64,000 bases of DNA from an uncultured Bacilli bacterium (lineage in GTDB: Bacteria; Bacillota_I; Bacilli_A; RF39; UBA660), in NCBI GenBank assembly GCA_934101225.1, contig CAKOQK010000004.1, positions 6,736 through 70,735 of the forward strand. The letters run 5' to 3'. A program made the translations under genes and the position numbers. The notes below the pieces were generated by a model. That model worked only from the letters and a program-made list of their open reading frames with translations, did not search any database and had not been told where the DNA came from. Of this stretch, positions 45,528 through 55,097 are shown piece by piece; the first letter of the stretch is position 1, and the number at the start of each line of letters is the position of its first letter.

Positions 45528-46763
45528 ATGGATTTAATATACAAAAGAGAAGATTATTTAAAAAAAGTTAGAAGTTTTTATAATGATAATATGATTAAAG
45601 TTATAACAGGAATAAGAAGATGTGGTAAGTCTTCATTATTAAAATCTATTATTGAAGAGTTAAAGGAAAAGGGCATTAAGGAAAAAGATATTATTTATAT
45701 TGAACTTGATAAGAAAGAATATAAGAATATTAAGAATCCTAAACAATTAGAAAAATTAATAGATAGTTTAGTAGTTGATAATGATTTTAAATACTTATTT
45801 ATAGATGAAGTACAAAATGTTAAGGGATTTGAAACTGTTGTTAATGCGTATAGGGAAGAAGGAAATTTTTCAATCTTTTTAGCTGGATCAAATTCTTACT
45901 TGTTATCTGGCGAATTAATTACTAAACTTACGGGAAGATATATTGAATTTGAAATGTTACCTTTAAATTTTCGTGAATATGTATTAATGAAAAAATTTTT
46001 AAATAAAGATGTTAATGAGAATATATATAAGGAATTTGAAGAATACGTAAGATGTGGTGGCTTTCCGGGATCTTTATATTATGATAATTATGAAGATAAA
46101 ATGTTATATACTAAAAATGTTATTAATCAAATATTTGAAAAAGATATTAAAAGAAATAAAAAGATTAAAGATAAACAATTATTTGAAGTTGTTCAAAAGT
46201 TTGTAATTAATAATTTTGGATCAAGAATGAGTGTTAGTAGTATTTATAATTACTTAACTAAAGATAAAAATATAAAAGTTGATAGAAGAACAATAAAAGG
46301 GTATATAGATGTATTAGAACAGGCTAAAATAATTTATGCATGTGATATGTTTGATATAAAATCAAAAGATGTTCTTGATGGTGAAAAAAAGTATTATTTA
46401 GCTGATACAAGTTTATATTTTATGATTAATACAGATAATAGAATTAATTATGGACCGGTTTTGGAAAATATATTATTTTCTTATTTTAAAAGTAAGGGAT
46501 ATTTATTAAGTGTTGGTAAAATTGGTAAATTAGAATGTGATTTTATTGTAAGAAAAGGAATAGATAATTATTATTATGTTCAGGTGTCTAAAAATATAGA
46601 TGATGATAGTACTAAAGAAAGAGAATATAAACCTTTTTATGCAATTAAAGAGATGTATCCTAGATATTTATTTGTGTTAGATTTAATATTTCAAGAAAAT
46701 ATTGATGGAATAAAAAACGTTAATATAGTGGATTTTATATATAATAATGAAGAATTAGTGTAG
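45528..46763 (+). CDS. AAA+ ATPase (AAA_14-like) fused to C-terminal DUF4143/PD-(D/E)xK-like nuclease domain (COG1373 type)
   Basis: Walker A GIRRCGKSSL, Walker B YLFIDEVQ, C-terminal GKLECDFIV...YVQVSK restriction-endonuclease-like motif; start at 45522 or 45528. Confidence 0.75.
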   Translation: MDLIYKREDYLKKVRSFYNDNMIKVITGIRRCGKSSLLKSIIEELKEKGIKEKDIIYIELDKKEYKNIKNPKQLEKLIDSLVVDNDFKYLFIDEVQNVKGFETVVNAYREEGNFSIFLAGSNSYLLSGELITKLTGRYIEFEMLPLNFREYVLMKKFLNKDVNENIYKEFEEYVRCGGFPGSLYYDNYEDKMLYTKNVINQIFEKDIKRNKKIKDKQLFEVVQKFVINNFGSRMSVSSIYNYLTKDKNIKVDRRTIKGYIDVLEQAKIIYACDMFDIKSKDVLDGEKKYYLADTSLYFMINTDNRINYGPVLENILFSYFKSKGYLLSVGKIGKLECDFIVRKGIDNYYYVQVSKNIDDDSTKEREYKPFYAIKEMYPRYLFVLDLIFQENIDGIKNVNIVDFIYNNEELV

Positions 46764-46813
46764 TTATCGACCAAAATAAGCATTCTATGTATCAAAAGTG
46801 GTCGATAACTTGC
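46763..46813. repeat. 51-bp hairpin repeat, copy R2
   Basis: Same 11-bp arms and TTGC tail as R1; loop 19/25 identical by eye; begins at the last base of the ATPase stop codon. Confidence 0.85.
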
Positions 46814-46880
46814 AATTTTAATAAAATAATAGAATTTATTTAAATTATATGATAGTATTGATATTGAAGGTGGGATAATA

Positions 46881-47366
46881 ATGAAAAGTAAAAAATTAAA
46901 ATCTATTAATTATGAAAGTAATGATACTAAGGAAATAAAAAGTTTAATTATTATTACTGTGGTAGTTGTTGTTATTGCTGTTGGATTATTTTTCTTAACT
47001 AATTATTTAAATAATAAGAAGACAAGTAGTAATACAAAAATAGATTATGATACTTGTATAGTTGGTAATATGTTTAATAGACCTTATAATGAATATTATG
47101 TATTTTTATATAGTAGTACTGATAAAAATGCTTCTACATATAAAGGTTTAATTACATCATATAAAGATAAAGATGATGCTTTAAAAATATATTATGTTGA
47201 TATGAATGATAAGTTTAATGCAGCATATTTAAGTGAAGCAAGTAACAAGAAACCAACTGATGTTAATGAGGTTAAGATTAAAGAATCAGCATTAATATTA
47301 ATTAAAGATGGTAAAGTAGAAAAATATTATGAATCTTTAGAAGATTATAAAAATACTTTAAAATAG
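46881..47366 (+). CDS. Membrane-anchored hypothetical protein (161 aa)
   Basis: GAAGGTGGG SD; TM LIIITVVVVVIAVGLFFL. Confidence 0.6.
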   Translation: MKSKKLKSINYESNDTKEIKSLIIITVVVVVIAVGLFFLTNYLNNKKTSSNTKIDYDTCIVGNMFNRPYNEYYVFLYSSTDKNASTYKGLITSYKDKDDALKIYYVDMNDKFNAAYLSEASNKKPTDVNEVKIKESALILIKDGKVEKYYESLEDYKNTLK

Positions 47367-47395
47367 AACTTAGTGTAAAAACTTAAGTTTTTTTA
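47367..47395 (+). terminator. Intrinsic terminator
   Basis: AACTTA-N11-TAAGTT stem followed by a T-run. Confidence 0.45.
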
Positions 47396-47446
47396 TTTGT
47401 TTTTCATAAAAATGTGATATTATGTTATTGTATAGGATATGATAAT

Positions 47447-48628
47447 ATGAAAGAGTATTTAAAGAAAACAAAATTTGAATTATGGGAAGTAATGGCAATT
47501 ATATTATTTTCATCTTTAGTTATGAGTTTTTGTACTGGTTATTTGGTTTATAAGAGTTCTTGCTCACAGATTTCGACTGGTAACGGGGATGATAATTTAG
47601 CTGAGTTATATAAAGCATATGATGAGATTAAATCTAATTATTATAGTACTGTAGATTTAGGTGCTTTAGTTGATGCTGGTATTAAAGGAATGTTTAGTTA
47701 TTTAGGAGATCCTTATACTACTTATTTAGATAAAGATCAAACTGATAATTTAAATAATTCTTTAAGTGGAAGTTATCAAGGAATTGGTGTTAAAATAAGT
47801 GTTAATAATGAAGAAAATAAAATGATTATTTCGGAGGTTTATGATAATACACCAGCAAAGAGTGCTGGCCTTGCCGTAGGAGATATCATTGTAAAAGTTA
47901 ATGATAATGTTGTTGCTGATATGGAATCTGGTGAAGTAACCAAATTAATTAAAAGTAGTGATGAAGTAAAGTTAGTTGTTAATAGAGATGGTAATGATTT
48001 AGATTTTACTCTTAATACTGCTAAGTTAAATAATCCTTCAGTTGATGCTAAAATTATTGATGGGGATAATGGTAATAAGATTGGTTATTTAAAAATAAGT
48101 AAATTTAATGAAACTGCTTATGAACAATTTTATGAGAAATTAAATAAGATTGAAGTGGATGGTATTAATAGTTTAATAATTGATTTAAGAGATAATACGG
48201 GGGGATATTTATCAGCAGCTACTAAAATAAGTGAGATGTTTTTACAAAAAGGAAAAGTTATTTATTCTTTAAATGATCAGTCTTCTACTAAAACAACTTA
48301 TGATGAAACTGATGATGAAAGAAATTATAAGGTTTATATTTTAGTTAATGGTAATTCGGCTTCTGCATCTGAGATACTTGCTGCTGCTTTAAAAGATAGT
48401 TATGGTGCTAAATTAGTTGGCACAACAACTTATGGTAAAGGTAAAGTACAAAAAACAAGTAAATTATCTGATGGAACTATGTATAAATATACGAGCGCTA
48501 AATGGTTAACTCCGAATGGTGAATGTATTGATGGTGTTGGATTAAAACCGGATATTGAGATATCAAACGGGGATGAATTATTAAAAGATTTAGTGCTTGA
48601 AAAAGCAATAGAGGAAATTCAAAAGTAA
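47447..48628 (+). CDS. S41 carboxy-terminal processing peptidase with PDZ domain
   Basis: N-terminal TM; PDZ segment GIGVKIS...VYDNTPAKSAGLAVGDIIVKVND; S41 core LIIDLRDNTGG and NGNSASASEILAAALKD. Confidence 0.8.
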   Translation: MKEYLKKTKFELWEVMAIILFSSLVMSFCTGYLVYKSSCSQISTGNGDDNLAELYKAYDEIKSNYYSTVDLGALVDAGIKGMFSYLGDPYTTYLDKDQTDNLNNSLSGSYQGIGVKISVNNEENKMIISEVYDNTPAKSAGLAVGDIIVKVNDNVVADMESGEVTKLIKSSDEVKLVVNRDGNDLDFTLNTAKLNNPSVDAKIIDGDNGNKIGYLKISKFNETAYEQFYEKLNKIEVDGINSLIIDLRDNTGGYLSAATKISEMFLQKGKVIYSLNDQSSTKTTYDETDDERNYKVYILVNGNSASASEILAAALKDSYGAKLVGTTTYGKGKVQKTSKLSDGTMYKYTSAKWLTPNGECIDGVGLKPDIEISNGDELLKDLVLEKAIEEIQK

Positions 48629-48745
48629 AAGGATGCATTTGGTTGTGTTCTTTTTTTGTGATTAATATAAAATTTTATTCATTAGAATATTTTAAAATAA
48701 AAACTTAAGTGATATAATAACAAACAAGAGCAAGGGTGGTTATAG

Positions 48746-49492
48746 ATGAATACATTAACTTTTAAGAATTATGATTTAAAATTAGAATTAGTGCCATTTA
48801 CGAATATAATTGGTGGAATAGCTTCTGGTAAGACTTATTTATTAAAGACACTTATAAATCAAAGCGATAGTAGTGATGTTTATATAGATGATAAAAATAT
48901 TAATGAATATGATATAAATTTTTTAAGAAAGAATGTTGCTGCAGTACTTAATAATTTTATATTTAACACTAATAGAGTAAAAAGTGAACTTGAATATTAT
49001 CAGAAATGTTTAGGATATGATGATAAAGTAATTAGTAGTAGTATAAAAAAATTTGTTACGTTTTTTAAATTAGATAATATTATAGATAAAGAAATTGGAG
49101 AAATTAGTAGAAGTGAAAAGGCTTTTATTAAAATATTATCCTTGTTAATTATTAATCCGAGAGTTATTGGGATTGATGATATGCTTACTTATTTAGATAA
49201 TAAAGATAAGTTAAAAATTGTTAAATATAGTAAAGAAAATAAGATTTCGATTTTAAATGTAACAAGTAATAGTGAAGAACTTTTATTAGGAACTAAAATA
49301 GTTGTACTTGATAATTTTCATGCTGTTATGTATGAGGATACTTTAGAGGTTTTAGCTAATGATAAAGTTTTAAGTAAGATAGGAATGAATATGCCTTTTA
49401 TTGCAGAATTATCAAATAATTTAAATTATTATGATTTATTAAAAGAAAAATATTTTGATATTAATTCTTTAATAGGTGAATTATGGAAGTAA
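48746..49492 (+). CDS. Degenerate ABC-type ATPase-like protein (EcfA-like position)
   Basis: Walker A GGIASGKT is retained, but the signature is ISRSEK (not LSGGQ), Walker B is VIGIDDM (no catalytic Glu), and there is no H-loop His. Confidence 0.6.
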   Translation: MNTLTFKNYDLKLELVPFTNIIGGIASGKTYLLKTLINQSDSSDVYIDDKNINEYDINFLRKNVAAVLNNFIFNTNRVKSELEYYQKCLGYDDKVISSSIKKFVTFFKLDNIIDKEIGEISRSEKAFIKILSLLIINPRVIGIDDMLTYLDNKDKLKIVKYSKENKISILNVTSNSEELLLGTKIVVLDNFHAVMYEDTLEVLANDKVLSKIGMNMPFIAELSNNLNYYDLLKEKYFDINSLIGELWK

Positions 49493-50100
49493 TGTTTAGT
49501 AATAATCCTAATAATGGTTTTTTTGATATTAAACAATTTGTTGGGTTTTATGGAGAAATAAGTGATTTAGAAATATTGATTGATAATTTAGATAAAAAAG
49601 TTATAAATAGAAAATACAAGGTAAAGAAATATTTAAGTTATAATAAAGATTATTTTGATATTTTAGATTTAGATAAAGAATTTTTAAATAAAAAGATAGA
49701 TGATTTATCTATGTGTGAATATAAATTAATGTTATTACTTATGGTAATAGAGGATGAACCTAAATTAATAGTTCTTAATTATTTTGATGTGGGATTTAAT
49801 GGTAAATTTAAAAGAAAAATTATAAAGTTAATTAAACTTATTAGGGCTTCTTTAGGAATAAATTTTGTTGTTATTAGTAATGATGTAATTTTTGTAAATA
49901 AAATTGTTAAACATGTAGTTGTATGTAATAAGAAAATTATTAAGTTTCAAGGAAAGGTTCTTGATGCTATTAAGGAAGGATATATAGAGGAACCACCTAT
50001 TTATGATTTTATTAAACTGGCTAATGATAAGGGTGCTAATTTGGAATATACATTGGATAGTAAAGATTTATTAAAAGATATATATAGGAGTGTATTTTAA
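49483..50100 (+). CDS. Truncated/degenerate ABC-ATPase-like protein lacking Walker A
   Basis: Only the C-terminal half of the fold is recognisable (LSMCEYKLMLLLMVIEDEPKLIVLNYFDVGFN ... VVISND); start at 49483 or 49492. Confidence 0.5.
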   Translation: MEVMFSNNPNNGFFDIKQFVGFYGEISDLEILIDNLDKKVINRKYKVKKYLSYNKDYFDILDLDKEFLNKKIDDLSMCEYKLMLLLMVIEDEPKLIVLNYFDVGFNGKFKRKIIKLIKLIRASLGINFVVISNDVIFVNKIVKHVVVCNKKIIKFQGKVLDAIKEGYIEEPPIYDFIKLANDKGANLEYTLDSKDLLKDIYRSVF

Positions 50101-50822
50101 TGAAGTATTTTGCTAGTGTTAGTTATGATGGTTCTAAATTTTATGGATTTCAAAAATTAAATAATTATGATACTGTTCAGAAGGAATTAGAAAGAGCACT
50201 TGGTATTATAAATAAAAGTTATGTTGCTGTAAAAGGTGCTGGAAGAACTGATAGAGGTGTTCATGCATATAGTCAAGGTGTTAGTTTTGAACTTAATGGA
50301 TGTATTCCTGCATCAAAGTTAAAGAATGTTATTAATAGAGTTTTAAATGATTATGTTCATGTAAATTATGTTGAAGAAGTAAGTGGTGATTTTCATCCTA
50401 GATTTGATGCTGTAAAGAAGAAATACGAATATGTTATTAATTTAGGTGAGTTTGATCCGATAATTAATGATTATGTTTATAATTATAATAATAAATTAGA
50501 TATAAGAAGGATGAGAAGAGCTAGTAAAGCATTTATTGGTTTTCATTCGTTTAAGGCTTTTACATCTGGTGCAAGAGATAATTATAATAGTGTTATTTAT
50601 AGTATTAAATTTAAAAAAAATCATGATTTTTTAACTATTACATTTGTAGGTAAAAGTTTTTATAGATATATGGTTAGAAATATGGTTGGGGCTTTGATAC
50701 AGACTGGTAATAATAAACTTGATAAGAATGACATAAAGATGATGTTAGATAAGGAGAAAGTAAATTGTAAGTATAATACTGCACCTGCTTGTGGATTATA
50801 TTTAGTTGATGTTTACTATTAA
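50100..50822 (+). CDS. truA: tRNA pseudouridine(38-40) synthase
   Basis: YDGSKFYGFQ start and catalytic motif GAGRTDRGVHA. Confidence 0.9.
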   Translation: MKYFASVSYDGSKFYGFQKLNNYDTVQKELERALGIINKSYVAVKGAGRTDRGVHAYSQGVSFELNGCIPASKLKNVINRVLNDYVHVNYVEEVSGDFHPRFDAVKKKYEYVINLGEFDPIINDYVYNYNNKLDIRRMRRASKAFIGFHSFKAFTSGARDNYNSVIYSIKFKKNHDFLTITFVGKSFYRYMVRNMVGALIQTGNNKLDKNDIKMMLDKEKVNCKYNTAPACGLYLVDVYY

Positions 50823-50830
50823 GTTTGGGT

Positions 50831-51715
50831 ATGAATGAATTAGATTTGATGGATAGTAGTAAAAATGATTATCAGTTGGTTACAGAACTTAGTAAAATTG
50901 TTAGAAGTTATAAAGATAAAAATAAACCTGTTGATAAAAATTTTGTTTATAAAGTTGCAAATGTGTGTTTAATTAATAATGAAGTGGATTTAAAAAATGG
51001 TTTGATAATTGTTGGTAACTCTAAAGAAATTGAAAATGATTATGAATCTTGTTATAGTGATGAAATGATTAGATATTCGTTTTTATCTTTAAGAAATTTT
51101 TATAAACGAATAGATAATTTTGGAAGTGCATATAATTTTGGCAATCATAATATGCTTTCTTATTATTCTGTAATATGCACTTTAATTCATGAAATGTCTC
51201 ACGCTAGACAGGATTATATTGTAAACAATTATCCTTATTCGTTTGCTGGAATGATTTATTCCTATTGTAGTAATATTTTTGAAAGTGAGCCACTTTTTTA
51301 TGAGATATACTATGATTGTTTTCCAGACGAAAGAAATGCATTTTTAAGAGGAAATTATATTGCTAATATGGTAATTAGGCATGTTTATGGCGATAAATTA
51401 TCACTTTTTTTCAAGGAATTATTTTTTGAAGAATTACTTATTAATTATGACTGTGATATGTATCCATTAAAGAGATTTGGTGATGCTTGTAAACAGTTTG
51501 GATATGAATATTTTGATAGATTAATTCCGGATGTTGAACTAACCCAAGAAAATTTTTTTGAACGTGTTTGGTGTGGTTATAAAATAACAGAAGATGAATA
51601 TAATCACTTGATTGATTTATGTATTAGTACATCTTATCCTAATAATGATGTAATAAAAGAATATTTAAAAAAATCTTCGATAAAAAGATTAATTTTAGAT
51701 TATAAAAAGAAATAA
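50831..51715 (+). CDS. Hypothetical cytoplasmic protein with HExxH motif
   Basis: LIHEMSHARQ at 51188-51202; no signal peptide; ATG 50831 preferred over TTG 50825. Confidence 0.55.
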   Translation: MNELDLMDSSKNDYQLVTELSKIVRSYKDKNKPVDKNFVYKVANVCLINNEVDLKNGLIIVGNSKEIENDYESCYSDEMIRYSFLSLRNFYKRIDNFGSAYNFGNHNMLSYYSVICTLIHEMSHARQDYIVNNYPYSFAGMIYSYCSNIFESEPLFYEIYYDCFPDERNAFLRGNYIANMVIRHVYGDKLSLFFKELFFEELLINYDCDMYPLKRFGDACKQFGYEYFDRLIPDVELTQENFFERVWCGYKITEDEYNHLIDLCISTSYPNNDVIKEYLKKSSIKRLILDYKKK

Positions 51716-51851
51716 ATAATATTGAAGAAGATTTATTAGAATAATTATTTTGTTTGTTAGATCTATTATTTCTGATATTATTTTTTAAATAGGTTTATAA
51801 TATAAATAGACAATAAATTAATATTTTGATATTATTTAGGTGTGATGTAGA

Positions 51852-52886
51852 ATGAATATATTAATTAATGGACATAATATTTATTTAATTTTATTAGTAA
51901 CTTTTATATGTTGTGTTTTATTAGTGCCTCTTGCTAAAGTTGTAGCAAAACATATTGAAGCAATAGATATGCCTAATGAGAGAAAGGTACATAAAAAACC
52001 AATGCCTAGATTGGGTGGATTAGCAATATATTTAACATTTTTAATTGGTTATATGTTATTTGCACCTATTAATGAACAGATGATTTCAATTCTTATTGGA
52101 GGATTTATAATTATAGTTCTTGGAATATGTGATGATATTAAACCAATTAGAGCAAGATATAAATTTTTAGTTCAGATAGTAGCTGCTTCTATTGTTGTAT
52201 TTTATGGTAATATTTATTTACCTAATATAAGTGCACTTGGATTATCTCTAACTTTTGGTAAATGGGGTTATCCTTTAGCTATATTCTTTATTTTGGCTAT
52301 TATTAATGCTATAAATTTAATTGATGGTATAGATGGGTTAGCAACAGGTACTAGTGCAATATTTTTTGTTACTATAACTATAATTGCAATACTGCTAGAT
52401 AGGATTTATGGTTTAGATGTTATTTTATGTGTAATTATGCTTGGTGCTTGTTTAGGATTTTTAATGTATAATAAACCGCCTGCTTCAATATTTTTAGGAG
52501 ATACTGGTAGTACGTTTTTAGGTTTTATTATTGCTATTATTGCACTTTTGGGATATAAAACGGCTACATTTACTAGTTTAATTATTCCAATATTCATATT
52601 ACTTTTACCAATACTTGATACAGTGTTTGCAATGATTAGAAGATATTTAAAGGGAGAAAATATAGGTGAGCCTGATAAGGAACATTTACATCATCAATTA
52701 CTTAAACTTAATAAGAGTACTACTAAAACAGTTTTAATCATGTATGGTATTGATATATTATGTTCTATAATAAGTGTTTTATATGCTTTAGGGTATAATT
52801 TAACTGCGATAGTTTTATATTTATTATTAATGTCATTTATATTATTTTTGATTTATAAAACTGATATATTATTTAAACATAAGTAG
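51852..52886 (+). CDS. tagO: MraY/WecA-family undecaprenyl-phosphate GlcNAc-1-phosphate transferase (TagO/TarO-like)
   Basis: Polytopic; motifs CDDIKPI, NAINLIDGIDGL, FLGDTGS. Confidence 0.8.
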   Translation: MNILINGHNIYLILLVTFICCVLLVPLAKVVAKHIEAIDMPNERKVHKKPMPRLGGLAIYLTFLIGYMLFAPINEQMISILIGGFIIIVLGICDDIKPIRARYKFLVQIVAASIVVFYGNIYLPNISALGLSLTFGKWGYPLAIFFILAIINAINLIDGIDGLATGTSAIFFVTITIIAILLDRIYGLDVILCVIMLGACLGFLMYNKPPASIFLGDTGSTFLGFIIAIIALLGYKTATFTSLIIPIFILLLPILDTVFAMIRRYLKGENIGEPDKEHLHHQLLKLNKSTTKTVLIMYGIDILCSIISVLYALGYNLTAIVLYLLLMSFILFLIYKTDILFKHK

Positions 52887-52943
52887 TTAGCTATTTATGT
52901 TTTTTTGATTATTTGATAAAATTTTTTTAGAAAGAGATTTTAT

Positions 52944-55097
52944 ATGAAGAAATTAATTAATAAAGAAAAATTGGGATATATATTTTTAGTGTTTATGTGT
53001 TTATCTTGTTTACTTGATTTACATATTTTTTATAATCGATTTGCTACTTTAATAAGATTATTTTTTATTTTAATATTTTTTGGTATATCAGTTATTAAAT
53101 TTAGTAGTAAAAATGATAGATTGAAATTACTTATTTATTTACTATCTGTATTTTTATATACTATTTTGCATTTGATATTTGTAGATAATTATTTAATGGA
53201 AGAATTATTATATATATTTAAAATGACTTCTAATGTTTTACTTTTTTATAGTGTATATTCCATAAATATAGATTATAAAAAATCTATTAAGTTTATTAAA
53301 ATTATTCTTTGGTTTATATGTGGTTCAATAGTGTTATGTAATTTTTTTAAACTAGGTTATTCTTCTTATAGTTTTAATTATATAAAATATAATATATTTG
53401 ATTGGTTTAAAAATATAAATGGATATTTTGAAGATTTTTCTGGTAAAGGTTTCTTTCATTTAGCTAATCAAATAGTTGGAGTTGTGCTTTTATTTTATCC
53501 AATGCTTATTAATGAAGTTAAGGAAAATAAAAAAGTAATGGATATAGTTCTTCTTAATGTATGTAGTTTAAGTATGTTAATGATAGGTAATAGAACGTCA
53601 AGTGCTGGCCCATTAATAATACTAATATTTAGTTTTGTTATTTATTTGTTTCTTGTTACTATAAAAAACGAAAAATTATCTGTTAAGTATATTTTAATTT
53701 TGGTATTTAGTATGATTTTTATAAATATATTTTTATATAATGCGCCTATTGTTAAAAGAGATAAATATTATAATGATTTGGATAATAGTATAATTTATGT
53801 TACTGATAATGTTGATAAGAGGGAAGTTATTAACAAATATATAAGTGATAATGAAGATAATACTGTTAATAAATCTACTAGAGATATTCTTTTAGATAAA
53901 AATTTAAATATTAATTTTATTGATAATTATTATCCGTATGATCAAGATCATGAGTTTTGGGATAATTTAGTTAATTCAAATATTGATTATAAAGATTCAA
54001 GATTAATTGAATTAAAGATTGCTCAAAGATTGTTGGAGTTAAGTGATAACAAATTTTATAAATTTGTTGGTATAGGTTACTATAAAATTATTAGTGTTTG
54101 TAATATCGAGAGAGATTATGTAATGCAGTATTATAGTGTTGGTATTTTGGGATTAGTAATCTTTATTGGATTTTATTTTATTATCTATATTAAAATGCTA
54201 TTTAAAGTATTTATTAATTTAGATAAGAAATTTAATTATTTAAATACTATGCTTTTAAGTGGCATAGGTATTAATTTAATTGTTGCATATTTAAGTGGGA
54301 ATATTCTTAATGCTTTAAGTTCAACTATACCATTAACGATTTGTTTAGGTATTGCTTATAATGAGATTAGAGTAAATAAACCTGGTAAAGTACTTAATTA
54401 TAATATTTGTAAATTAAATAAGAAAGAAATTATTAATGAATTAAATAATAGTGATAATAGAAATATATTATTTAATATTAATCCAATAATTATGGTTAAT
54501 TTTAATGATAATAAAGAATATAAAAAATTTATTAATAAGGAAAAATATAATATTCCTGATGGTTTTGGTACTATAGTTGGATTAAAATTTAAAGATAATA
54601 AGGGGTACTCTCAAATAACTGGGGTTGATATGTTTAATTCTTTGGTATATAATGCATGTAAATATGATAAGAAAGTTTATTTATATGGTGCTAAAAAAGA
54701 AGTTATTGAAAAGACTGTTAAAGTATTAAAAGAAAAGTATATTAACTTAAATATATGTGGTTATATGAGTGGGTATAGTAAAGAAAAAGATGTATTAAAT
54801 GATATAAAAAAATGTAAGCCTGATTATTTATTTGTTGGTATAGGATCACCTAAACAAGAAGAATTTATCATTAGAAATGAAAAGTTGTTTAGAAATATAA
54901 ATGTTATTATGCCTGTTGGTGGTACGTTTGATGTTGTATCTGGTTTAAAGAAAAGAGCACCGATTATTTATCAAAAACTACATTTAGAATGGTTATATAG
55001 AATGATTAAAGAACCTAAAAGAATTAAAGATAATGTTAAGATATTAAAATATTTATATTTGGTAATATTTAAAAATGGAGGTAAAGATGAAAAATAA
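52944..55097 (+). CDS. Fusion protein: N-terminal polytopic O-antigen-ligase/polymerase-like membrane domain plus C-terminal WecG/TagA/CpsF (GT26) glycosyltransferase
   Basis: About 470 aa with >10 hydrophobic helices, then from about 54370 IPDGFGTIVG...YLYGAKKEVIE...FVGIGSPKQEEFI...PVGGTFDVVSG...LEWLYRMIKEPKR, typical of TagA/WecG. Confidence 0.75.
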   Translation: MKKLINKEKLGYIFLVFMCLSCLLDLHIFYNRFATLIRLFFILIFFGISVIKFSSKNDRLKLLIYLLSVFLYTILHLIFVDNYLMEELLYIFKMTSNVLLFYSVYSINIDYKKSIKFIKIILWFICGSIVLCNFFKLGYSSYSFNYIKYNIFDWFKNINGYFEDFSGKGFFHLANQIVGVVLLFYPMLINEVKENKKVMDIVLLNVCSLSMLMIGNRTSSAGPLIILIFSFVIYLFLVTIKNEKLSVKYILILVFSMIFINIFLYNAPIVKRDKYYNDLDNSIIYVTDNVDKREVINKYISDNEDNTVNKSTRDILLDKNLNINFIDNYYPYDQDHEFWDNLVNSNIDYKDSRLIELKIAQRLLELSDNKFYKFVGIGYYKIISVCNIERDYVMQYYSVGILGLVIFIGFYFIIYIKMLFKVFINLDKKFNYLNTMLLSGIGINLIVAYLSGNILNALSSTIPLTICLGIAYNEIRVNKPGKVLNYNICKLNKKEIINELNNSDNRNILFNINPIIMVNFNDNKEYKKFINKEKYNIPDGFGTIVGLKFKDNKGYSQITGVDMFNSLVYNACKYDKKVYLYGAKKEVIEKTVKVLKEKYINLNICGYMSGYSKEKDVLNDIKKCKPDYLFVGIGSPKQEEFIIRNEKLFRNINVIMPVGGTFDVVSGLKKRAPIIYQKLHLEWLYRMIKEPKRIKDNVKILKYLYLVIFKNGGKDEK

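Noticed and set aside
45436-46813. Interpretation of R1/R2 as integron attC sites
   Set aside because: The palindromic architecture is attC-like, but the arm ends (GTTATCG / CGATAAC) do not fit the GTTRRRY / RYYYAAC cores. There is no intI or attI in the window, and only one cassette-like gene. I kept it only as one of several hypotheses.
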